Source: a virus
Taxonomy: Duplodnaviria > Caudoviricetes
DNA: 64,000 nucleotides
IMG/VR virus record: IMGVR_UViG_2675903041_000001
Location: 1,519 to 65,518 of that record
Reading direction: 5' to 3' (one strand)
The position numbers and the translations under genes are program-made. Every line of letters starts with the position of its first letter. The first letter of the stretch is position 1. This document shows positions 1 to 8,145 of this stretch, in pieces. A model generated the notes under the pieces. The model searched no databases. It was not told the DNA's origin and was given only the letters and a program-made list of their open reading frames with translations.

Positions 1-400
1 GTATGCCCACATCACGCGCGGCAAAGTAGGCCGCATTGATATCAAGATCGGTTGTATTGATCAGCTGGAAATCTTTCCAGGCATTCAGCAGGCTTTGGGG
101 CGTCAATGACAGGTGATGTAATTTATAATTGGCAAGCGCAGGGACCGAAACACTATAGACGATTTTGTGGATGGATACGAATGCCGCTAGTTTTGCCGCT
201 GAATCATAATCCTCGATAAAACTCAGAACCGTATCCGGAAGCCTGCCATTTTTGGGGCTGGCGCCATGAATTTCCTTCCAGAGCTTGCGCAAAATTCTTG
301 TACCGAGACCCGTCAAACTTCTCACGATAGACAACCGCAACCCAGCAGCAATAAGATCACGCGCAATTTGCAGATTATCCAGATCGGCAAGACAAACCAC
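1..400 (-). CDS. FlhC-like transcriptional activator subunit (SetC/AcaC-like), runs off the window edge
   Basis: Not in the ORF track. Manual translation from GTG at 400: MVCLADLDNLQIARDLIAAGLRLSIVRSLTGLGTRILRKLWKEIHGASPKNGRLP..., matching the FlhC LYKELxGxxPPKGxLP motif. Abuts the FlhD-like gene. Confidence 0.8.
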   Translation of the reverse strand, partial: MVCLADLDNLQIARDLIAAGLRLSIVRSLTGLGTRILRKLWKEIHGASPKNGRLPDTVLSFIEDYDSAAKLAAFVSIHKIVYSVSVPALANYKLHHLSLTPQSLLNAWKDFQLINTTDLDINAAYFAARDVGI

Positions 401-673
401 TCAAGTTCTCCTGGTGGGAAGAGATACCACATATGTGGTCCGATAGGATTTTGGCATATTCATTAACTGAATCATTTCTGATTCTGATAACCTTATACCT
501 AATAGGCTTACTCCTGCAGACTGAGCAAGCTCGCCAATTTCTTCCACACTCATCTCGGACAGCTTATCTAAAATAGAACGTGGAATACCGGACAGCAATT
601 CTCCTGAGTTGGATTTAGCTGCGTCCCTGGCCATGATCAGGTACTGATAATTGATAGAAAAGATATCTTTCAT
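401..673 (-). CDS. FlhD-like transcriptional activator subunit (SetD/AcaD-like)
   Basis: DIFSINYQYLIMARD...LSEMSVEEIGELA resembles FlhD IYDINLSYLLLAQR...LAALTLPQMVKLA; paired with the FlhC-like gene. Confidence 0.75.
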   Translation of the reverse strand: MKDIFSINYQYLIMARDAAKSNSGELLSGIPRSILDKLSEMSVEEIGELAQSAGVSLLGIRLSESEMIQLMNMPKSYRTTYVVSLPTRRT

Positions 674-705
674 GCTCTTTTTCCATAAATTGTTACCTAA
701 TTAGA

Positions 706-733
706 ATAATACTCTTTTAATATATGTTGTCAA
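706..733 (-). promoter_or_regulatory. sigma70-like promoter of the flhDC-like operon
   Basis: TTGACA (733-728), 16-nt spacer, TATTAT (711-706) on the minus strand in the divergent intergenic region. Confidence 0.5.
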
Positions 734-758
734 ATAATTTAATACAAAAGGAGCTATT

Positions 759-1169
759 TTGAACGCCGAGGAAATTGCCTTAAGGTTGAGGCAATGGAGG
801 AAATCCATAGAAAAAACTCAGATAGAATTTGCTGAATTAGCCGGGATCAGCATCACCATCATCAGAAAATGCGAGGGTGGCAAGAGTATTCCAGGCGGCC
901 AGTCATTGATTGCTTTCTCAAAGACAGGCGTCAATCTGCACTGGCTGTTGACTGGCGTCGGTGAAATGACCGCTCCGGGAGAGCCTGTTGACTTACGCCC
1001 GTTTCTTTTGAGATTACGCGCCCTGGAAGAACAAATGGTGGAACTCGACGATGAAAAATGTTCCGCCATCCTGGACGGACTCTCCGCCAGAATTCAGGAA
1101 GCGAGAAAGATGGCCGAACTGGAAAGAAAGATCATCGCCATCAGAAAAAAAATGGATGGAGAGGAGTAA
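759..1169 (+). CDS. XRE-family HTH repressor
   Basis: N-terminal HTH (LRQWRKSIEKTQIEFAELAGISITIIRKCEGG) and VNLHWLLTGVGEM; divergent from the activators. Confidence 0.8.
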   Translation: MNAEEIALRLRQWRKSIEKTQIEFAELAGISITIIRKCEGGKSIPGGQSLIAFSKTGVNLHWLLTGVGEMTAPGEPVDLRPFLLRLRALEEQMVELDDEKCSAILDGLSARIQEARKMAELERKIIAIRKKMDGEE

Positions 1170-1241
1170 GAGTTAATCAGCAAGCATAATGAATGGCAAC
1201 AGGCAGGATTATGGATACACAGTCGATCGAAAAAGTATTTA

Positions 1242-2236
1242 ACCTGAGTTCGGGATAAGAAAAGTAGAGGTGAGCGCCTACTTTTTGCGTAAGATTATGT
1301 TTTCCTACATAAATCTACCGTATCCAGGAGACGCTCATGGACAGTTTAACCGAACTTTTTTGCCTGATAGATGATTTTTGCCGCCAGTTCGAGCCTGCTT
1401 TAGAGCGTCATCTTCTGGAAGCAGGAGTAAAAAAGCGTAAGCGTTGCAGCGAATTGAGCTTGTCGGAGTTGATGACTTTGGCCATTTTGTTCCATCAGTT
1501 GCGCTTTCGCCAGTTCAAGAGTTTTTACCTGATTTACGCATGCGGTCACTTGCAGGCTGAGTTTCCGAAGCTGCCGAGCTACCAACGATGCGTGGAACTC
1601 CTGCCCCGCTGTGTGATTCCCCTGGCGGCCTTGTTCGAGGTGCTCAAAGGCCAATGCGACGGGATTTCCATCGCCGACGCTACTGCGCTCGCCGTTTGCG
1701 ATAACCGGCGCATTGCTCGCCATCGGGTTTTCGCAGACAGCGCCAGGCGCGGCAAGACTTCGATGGGTTGGTTCTATGGATTCAAGCTCCATGTTATCAT
1801 CAACTCGAAGGGCGAACTGATTCGCCTCCGGCTCACTGCTGGCAATGTCGATGACCGTAAGCCCATGCCCGACCTCTGCCAGGGGCTGTTCGGCCAGCTG
1901 TTCGCCGATAAGGGCTACCTCGCTCACTGGCTCACTGAGACACTGGCCCGGCAAGACCTTCAGCTCATTACCCCTCTCAAGAAAAATATGAAACCTGTGC
2001 CCCGCACCGAGTTTGAAAAAGCTATTTTGCATCGTCGTTCCCTGATCGAAACGGTCTTTGACGAATTGAAGAACCTTTGCCAGATCGAGCACACTCGCCA
2101 TCGCTCTCCCTTCAATTTCCTCGTCAATCTGATGGCTGGTATCGTGGCCTACTGCTTGGACGATAGCAAGCCTACCCTGAACCTGACCAGGAATAATAGC
2201 TTGGCCAAAGCTTGAGGACTTATCCCGAACTCAGGT
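1242..2236 (+). mobile_element. IS982-family insertion sequence (995 bp)
   Basis: Perfect 18-bp terminal IRs ACCTGAGTTCGGGATAAG (1242-1259 / 2219-2236); 6-bp target duplication TATTTA (1236-1241 / 2237-2242). Confidence 0.95.
1337..2215 (+). CDS. IS982-family DDE transposase
   Basis: Motifs LFCLIDDFC, GWFYGFKLH, ADKGY, RSLIETVFDELK. Confidence 0.95.
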   Translation: MDSLTELFCLIDDFCRQFEPALERHLLEAGVKKRKRCSELSLSELMTLAILFHQLRFRQFKSFYLIYACGHLQAEFPKLPSYQRCVELLPRCVIPLAALFEVLKGQCDGISIADATALAVCDNRRIARHRVFADSARRGKTSMGWFYGFKLHVIINSKGELIRLRLTAGNVDDRKPMPDLCQGLFGQLFADKGYLAHWLTETLARQDLQLITPLKKNMKPVPRTEFEKAILHRRSLIETVFDELKNLCQIEHTRHRSPFNFLVNLMAGIVAYCLDDSKPTLNLTRNNSLAKA

Positions 2237-2252
2237 TATTTAGGAGTTGATC

Positions 2253-2594
2253 ATGAGCACCATGAAGAGAAAAATCGAATCCGTGGCAAAAGTGCTGCTC
2301 TACCTCGTTATCGCTTCGTACATTATTCTGAATGCAGATACGGTTGACGCAGGCATGGTGGCATTCTATCTGGGATTGTCCGCCGTTATCTGGGCAGTGC
2401 TCTGGTTTCTGTTTGTATTTGTCAGGGATGCAATCATCGCATTTGGCTGGAAAAAACCAGAATTTTCACTTCCGCAGCATGAACGTGAGGATGTCGAAAT
2501 GAATAGAGCCGAGGAAAGAAATGATGGTTTATCGTTAAATCTCTCTGACACGACAGATCCACATGACCCTTCTTTCCGGCTATTCGATAAATAG
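2253..2594 (+). CDS. Small inner-membrane protein, putative entry-exclusion factor
   Basis: Two hydrophobic segments and an acidic tail; convergent with the traG 3' end as eex is in SXT/IncC; RBS GGAG at 2243-2246. Confidence 0.5.
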   Translation: MSTMKRKIESVAKVLLYLVIASYIILNADTVDAGMVAFYLGLSAVIWAVLWFLFVFVRDAIIAFGWKKPEFSLPQHEREDVEMNRAEERNDGLSLNLSDTTDPHDPSFRLFDK

Positions 2595-2624
2595 AGCATT
2601 TATGCCCTATGGCTGGATGATTCA

Positions 2625-5573
2625 TTATTTGCCTTTTTCTCCTGGCACCTTCGGTATCAGATTCCGAATACTATCCATCTTTGGATCCTGAGGAGCTCCC
2701 TGCTGCATACGTTGTTGCTGAGCCTCAGGCACTGCTGCTCCTGGTACAGCAATAGACATGTCGATACCAGGCACTTTATCCAGAAGTTTCGAGCCGAGAC
2801 TATCGGGCAGCGAACCTGCAGCGGCGTTACTTCCTGCGATCCCCGCAAGAGGCTGAGAACCAGGATCGGTCATTCTCACGGCTTTTTCCTGCAGCGGCCC
2901 ACCCCGACTCTCCACATTGACGTTACCGGCACCCAAAGCCTGGATGACGCGCTCCCTGGCCTCCCCAAACCTTCCGGGCATCTCACTTGTAGCCATTCTA
3001 TCCGGCGATACATCCGCTGATCCGGAAAAACCGGAAACAACATTTGTCGAACTGCCATGGAATGCCCGCACGCCTGCCGCACCCCCCATCATCTGTGACT
3101 GCTCGACGAAGAAGTGCCGAATGTCGTCCGGCGAATTGAACTGCGGTGCATTAGAGGACACCATTGATTCCATGTGTTCTTTGTAGAAAGTGTCAAGGAA
3201 TGGCACTAACAGTTCAGGATTTTTCTCGGCCATTTCAGACACAGTCGATCCGTCGAAATTTCGACCGAGATAGGAGTTGTACTGTGTACTCATCCACCCC
3301 ATGAATCGATGGTACATGCTCGCTTCAAACGCGCCCGAACTCTCCCTCAACTGGCCTGCCATTTCCTTGTAGGATTCTGATCGCTGGAGATGCGCTGTCG
3401 CCATATCGGCATGGGTTCGCGACTCGCTGAAGCTCGAACTGATTCCTTCCACCGCGCGGCGCGCCGATTCGTCTGACCGGTCAAAACTGGCGCTACGAAT
3501 AGCCTGTTCGGCCCGGCTCAGCGCTTCGGAGTGCCCATCCTTTTGCAAATACCCCACGGCAGATTTCAAGGTTTGCTCTGCGCTGGCTGATGATCCGCCA
3601 CTCATTCTTGCGGATGCCTGGACTGCAAGAGGCAGAAGCATATTAAGCGCTTGGGGATTTTTGATCAAAGCTTGTCCAATCCCAAGAATTTCTGCACTTT
3701 GTCCTTGGCTTAACCCATGATCCCTGGCAAACGTATTGGCGATCTCTCTCACTTCGTTCACGGCTTGCGAAAATCCGATCTGACTGCTGGTCCCAGTTTG
3801 GGTGCCGGTGCGTTCACTTATGCCATGAGATCTGGCAAAGTCGAATGCTTGCTGCAAGCCAGACGCATAGATTTTGGCGGACGTGACCATCTCACTGGCA
3901 GCAGCCGTCTGTGCCGATTCCGACTGTTGCTGAAAGGTGCTGGCCATGCGCTCGCCGAATGTCAGGCGCATGCTGGTATTGTGGCGGATCAGCGATGAGT
4001 CGAATGCTTCCTGACCGTTTGCCAGATGAGTCGTGATGATGCCGTTACTGCCAGCCGAATAATGAACCGGTGCACCCGTGCGAGTAATGGGTTGCGTGTT
4101 GTACTGCCACATGGTCTGATTGTCCACCCCGAGCTGCCCCATGCTGACGTTTCCCTGGGAGGCTGCCGCAGCAAAACGGGCGGCCTCCGCTCCCACCGGA
4201 GATCTCAGCACGCTGCTGAATGCGGCGGCGCCAAGAGACAAACCCTCAACCATCATCCAGGCGATGGTAGGAACGCCTACCGCAGCAATCATGCCGGCGA
4301 TCGCCTGATCGGATATCATCAGATTGTTGAGGTAAGTGTAGGTCATCATCGACATGCCGCCGTGCGCCATTGCGTCAGCCTGTTTGGAGGAATACATCGT
4401 GACGATGAAATTCATGACGGCATAAAGAGGCGGCCAAAGCTGGATCCACAGCAGGCTTTTAGCGTACATCGCCAACGCCCGGATGCCGTAATGACCGAGT
4501 ACGACCACGATCAGCAAGGCCAGCGGCGCCAGTGCGTACTGGACCATCTCGAGGATGTTCCGCATCTTGGGCATGACCTGCTGGCCGACCGCCGCCATGA
4601 CCTTGTAGGATTCGGAAGTCGAGCGCAGCGCCTGAACTTCGGCGAGCGCTGTCGTGGCAGTGGCCGCATCTCCGATTTGGGCCGGTATTTTATACTGCGC
4701 ATCCAGGAACTGATTCATCACCATACCCTGGCGAATGATTTCTGGCGCACTGGCGGCTATGCTGGTATAGAGATTGGCGGACGTGACAATCTGGCTTTGC
4801 GTCAGTGCCTGGCGCATGGCAAGCGGGACAGTCGGATTGAGCGCGTTGGCCAGATCCCCGATGGTCGAACCGACCACCGTGTCGATCTGACCAGTCAGAA
4901 CAGCGTAGGCTTCGGGGCAAGTCTGTGGGTCCATCATGACGCCAGCAGGCAGCTCGCGGAGCTCGACGTAGCGGGCAATGTTTGTTCTGCCGCTGAGATA
5001 CGCCCAGATATCCGGTTGCCGAACGATCTCGTGGGGCGGAACGAAACCAGTCGCAAATTCCGGATAGACGCACTCCCGAATGAAATCCATCATGTTGGCC
5101 GAGAGGACGGGACTGCCCGACCTGGCCATCAATATATCGCGGATCACCCTCGCGCCAAAAAGCGTCCCGGAACGGCGGAACTGCACGTCGTCGGGAAGCG
5201 AAAAGACTGTCTCGAACGATGTCGTCAGCCAATCTCCGATCTGACTGACACCACCGGCCAGCAGCGCCATGCCAAGCGGCACATTGGCGACTGGCTGCGG
5301 ATTGGGATTGGCGCTGGTGCGATCGATCACCAGCACGGTCGCCTTGGGTACCAGCAGCAACCCATGCAGGAAGGCAAGCATGATCACCCAGCGCCACATA
5401 TCTTCCAGCTGACTACGTCCGGCCAGCACCGCAATGGTTATGGAGATGAGCGCCACAATGGCAAGCAACCGCACCAGCCCCAAAAAATCGGAGCTGTTGG
5501 TCAGGGATGCCACCGCATTGAACAATGCGATCAACTCGTCTGTATTCCAATAAGAGAAGACCTCGAAGTTCAC
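2625..5573 (-). CDS. traG: Conjugal transfer mating-pair stabilisation protein TraG (F-type)
   Basis: TraG_N-like membrane N-terminus (WIQLWPPLYAVMN), Ser-rich C-terminus, follows traH. Confidence 0.9.
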   Translation of the reverse strand: MNFEVFSYWNTDELIALFNAVASLTNSSDFLGLVRLLAIVALISITIAVLAGRSQLEDMWRWVIMLAFLHGLLLVPKATVLVIDRTSANPNPQPVANVPLGMALLAGGVSQIGDWLTTSFETVFSLPDDVQFRRSGTLFGARVIRDILMARSGSPVLSANMMDFIRECVYPEFATGFVPPHEIVRQPDIWAYLSGRTNIARYVELRELPAGVMMDPQTCPEAYAVLTGQIDTVVGSTIGDLANALNPTVPLAMRQALTQSQIVTSANLYTSIAASAPEIIRQGMVMNQFLDAQYKIPAQIGDAATATTALAEVQALRSTSESYKVMAAVGQQVMPKMRNILEMVQYALAPLALLIVVVLGHYGIRALAMYAKSLLWIQLWPPLYAVMNFIVTMYSSKQADAMAHGGMSMMTYTYLNNLMISDQAIAGMIAAVGVPTIAWMMVEGLSLGAAAFSSVLRSPVGAEAARFAAAASQGNVSMGQLGVDNQTMWQYNTQPITRTGAPVHYSAGSNGIITTHLANGQEAFDSSLIRHNTSMRLTFGERMASTFQQQSESAQTAAASEMVTSAKIYASGLQQAFDFARSHGISERTGTQTGTSSQIGFSQAVNEVREIANTFARDHGLSQGQSAEILGIGQALIKNPQALNMLLPLAVQASARMSGGSSASAEQTLKSAVGYLQKDGHSEALSRAEQAIRSASFDRSDESARRAVEGISSSFSESRTHADMATAHLQRSESYKEMAGQLRESSGAFEASMYHRFMGWMSTQYNSYLGRNFDGSTVSEMAEKNPELLVPFLDTFYKEHMESMVSSNAPQFNSPDDIRHFFVEQSQMMGGAAGVRAFHGSSTNVVSGFSGSADVSPDRMATSEMPGRFGEARERVIQALGAGNVNVESRGGPLQEKAVRMTDPGSQPLAGIAGSNAAAGSLPDSLGSKLLDKVPGIDMSIAVPGAAVPEAQQQRMQQGAPQDPKMDSIRNLIPKVPGEKGK

Positions 5574-5580
5574 GCCCGCT

Positions 5581-7014
5581 CTACTTCAGATCGATGTTGG
5601 AATTGAACAATGCCAAGGTATTGCGCAGATCGTTCGACACCGCACTCATCATGGTCTGGTTGATGAGTTGGAGGTTTCTGGCTTGCTGTGCGATTCCGAT
5701 GCCTTTCTGGTAGGCATTCGCCACACTGTCGGCCATCTCCTGCTGAACCACCCGGGAATCTTCCTGAAGTTTTTCGATATTCTTGACGGCAACGGCATCC
5801 TGCAACCCGCGCGCATTCAGCAACGCCTTATTCATTTCCCTGAGCGCTGCCGTCATGAAATTGGAAGCGACCTCGGTCGCAATGATTTCCGAATATTCAT
5901 CGAGCGCAGCCGAGGAAAAAGGCATGGAGGCCGCCATCGACAACAGTTTCCAAAGTGGCGTGGCCGATTGTGTCAGAAAAAATTTCTCCGTATCACTGAA
6001 ACCCTGGGGTGCGCGCGTATCGATGTTGCCAATGCCTTTTTTGACAATTTCCCGGACACGCCAGGCAAACGGAATGATGTTGACACTGTCTTCAACCACA
6101 TTTTCGCAATCGTTGCCCGCGCAGCGCCACACCGTAATGTTTTTGCCATGCTCCGCAACATTGCCGATCAGATCCTTGAATTCGAGCGTTCTACCAAAAT
6201 AATGCAATTGCGGCACTTCGTTTCCTGTCTCTCCCGTGCCCCTGACGATGACTGTCCCGACCAAGCTCATCATCAGCTCCTTGATGTGCTCCGGCGCGTT
6301 CAGGCTGCGCATGGCCTCCCAGGCAACGTTGCCTGGATTGAGATAGGCCTTCAGTTTTGGATCGGCATTGGAGGCGTCCTGCAATGTTTCCTTTCTCGCG
6401 GCAAAGTCGCTCATCCAAGACGACAACCCATCCAGGGAATCATTGAATTTGTTGAGCATCGTGGCACCGTTGCTCTGTGCATTGATCTGCTCCTTGGCTT
6501 GCTGCGCCATCTGCGGCAGCGGCGTCATGCCAACGAGTGCCTCCGCCGCTCGGCAGGAATTCATGTTGAGCAAGCCGTTCGCATTTTGTGCGACATGCTG
6601 CAGACTCTTGAGCAAATCGGCCAGATCCGGCGAAATGGACTGCACGGCGATCATGAAGGCATAACCCAGTGCGTTGTTGGCGATGTTCTTCAGCAACGCC
6701 GTAAAACGGTCCACATTGATGTACGAGAACGAGCCCGCATGCAAATCGATACCGCCACAACCGGCCCGAAAGGTCGGTGGCGCAAGGCTCGCCAACTGAT
6801 AGCTGACCATTGGGGTACGCATATAAATGGATCCACCGCTATAAAACGATCCGGTTTGTCCCTTGACTGCCTGGGGTGTCGTGACGTTGCCGTAAACACC
6901 CATTGCATTGAACCAGGCATTCATATCCGCGCTGATGTTGGAAAGCGCGGGGTTACTCGATGCTGCCAGAATCAGAGTCAGGATAAAACAGGCTTTGCGC
7001 ATGGGTCTCTCCAA
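5581..7014 (-). CDS. traH: Conjugal pilus assembly protein TraH
   Basis: GGSIYMR, PPTFRAGCGGIDLHAGSFSYIN, NSC motifs. Confidence 0.92.
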   Translation of the reverse strand: MERPMRKACFILTLILAASSNPALSNISADMNAWFNAMGVYGNVTTPQAVKGQTGSFYSGGSIYMRTPMVSYQLASLAPPTFRAGCGGIDLHAGSFSYINVDRFTALLKNIANNALGYAFMIAVQSISPDLADLLKSLQHVAQNANGLLNMNSCRAAEALVGMTPLPQMAQQAKEQINAQSNGATMLNKFNDSLDGLSSWMSDFAARKETLQDASNADPKLKAYLNPGNVAWEAMRSLNAPEHIKELMMSLVGTVIVRGTGETGNEVPQLHYFGRTLEFKDLIGNVAEHGKNITVWRCAGNDCENVVEDSVNIIPFAWRVREIVKKGIGNIDTRAPQGFSDTEKFFLTQSATPLWKLLSMAASMPFSSAALDEYSEIIATEVASNFMTAALREMNKALLNARGLQDAVAVKNIEKLQEDSRVVQQEMADSVANAYQKGIGIAQQARNLQLINQTMMSAVSNDLRNTLALFNSNIDLK

Positions 7015-7022
7015 TCATGCCA

Positions 7023-7799
7023 TCAATAGGCATCACCCGGCTGGGTCGAAGTCAGAATATGAATCCGCTCGATCATCTCCTGCGACGAAATCACGCCGGA
7101 ACCCAATGGCACCAGCCGCTTGTCGCGCACATTGCCCAGCACCATCAACGGCACTTCCTCCACACCCAGCCTTGCAGCCAGGCCATTGTCCCGGCGCGGT
7201 GCCGGATACCGGGGCAACCCAGCTCCATCGAGCGATACCGGGAAAATCGTGATCCCGTGCGTTTGACTCAGCCAGGCAAGGGTTTCCGACATGACATGGC
7301 AGTATGGACAATCCGAACGAAAGAAGAAGAAAATCCCCCACTCCTTGCCGAGCTTCTCCAGTGTATCCATTCGGACCGCCCGGCGCGTCTGTCGATGAAC
7401 ATCGAGTGCCGCATTGTTGACCGGGCGCTTCAATTCATAATTGAGCGCCGGTGTCTGCCAGATCACCCGCCGCCAGACATCGGAGAAAACAGATGCCATC
7501 TCCATGGAGTGATTTTGCAAATCGATGTAGGCCGCTACATTCTCTGGAGTGGGCTCCAGAATGGCGAGCGCACGTCTGCCCTTCAGCGCCTTTTGCAAGG
7601 CCTCCAGTTTTTGAATGGCCCGTGCCTGGGGTGTAGCCGATTCTTCGGAGGGTTCGGAACGTTCTTCCGGTCCAACCTCGCAGTACCAGATGAATTTCGA
7701 GTGGTCGCAATGCCAGGCAGAGGGATAGTCTATGCTGGAAGCATTCGCGAACGCCCAAGCAGAAAACGGAAAGAACAGAATGGGAATAAAAAAAATCAT
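7023..7799 (-). CDS. traF: Conjugal pilus assembly protein TraF (thioredoxin-like)
   Basis: FFFRSDCPYCH, VSLDG, A(I)LEPTPENVAAY motifs. Confidence 0.9.
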   Translation of the reverse strand: MIFFIPILFFPFSAWAFANASSIDYPSAWHCDHSKFIWYCEVGPEERSEPSEESATPQARAIQKLEALQKALKGRRALAILEPTPENVAAYIDLQNHSMEMASVFSDVWRRVIWQTPALNYELKRPVNNAALDVHRQTRRAVRMDTLEKLGKEWGIFFFFRSDCPYCHVMSETLAWLSQTHGITIFPVSLDGAGLPRYPAPRRDNGLAARLGVEEVPLMVLGNVRDKRLVPLGSGVISSQEMIERIHILTSTQPGDAY

Positions 7800-7800
7800 C

Positions 7801-8145
7801 TCATTTCGCTCCCATGCGCAGTCTGACCCACTCGGTCATATCCGGAATGGGGGCACCCTCGACAGCATTGCTTGGTTTTTTCACCAGACTGGCCGCGTTG
7901 AGTACGGAACATCGGCAAGAATCCGCCAGCTGCTGCAAGGCGATGTCGATCCTGATCGCCTGTGCCTGGGCTTCCAGCATGGCGGATTCATCCTGTCGTT
8001 TGGCGAAGGCTGCTGCCGACTCGTTGAACAGGCTCGCGACATCGACCGTCACAAATCGTGGAAACGGATGCGTATAAATCCAGGCACTACCGACGATGAA
8101 GCTTGCGAGCACGCTGAACACCCAGGTGATGACGAACCCTTTCAT
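7801..8145 (-). CDS. TrbI-like F-type conjugative protein
   Basis: N-terminal TM helix, FVTVDV, C-terminal PDMT; downstream of traC. Confidence 0.5.
   Translation of the reverse strand: MKGFVITWVFSVLASFIVGSAWIYTHPFPRFVTVDVASLFNESAAAFAKRQDESAMLEAQAQAIRIDIALQQLADSCRCSVLNAASLVKKPSNAVEGAPIPDMTEWVRLRMGAK

Noticed and set aside
4026-7029. Long plus-strand ORFs (526 and 453 aa)
   Set aside because: Antisense shadows of traG and traH in GC-rich DNA with no recognisable motifs.
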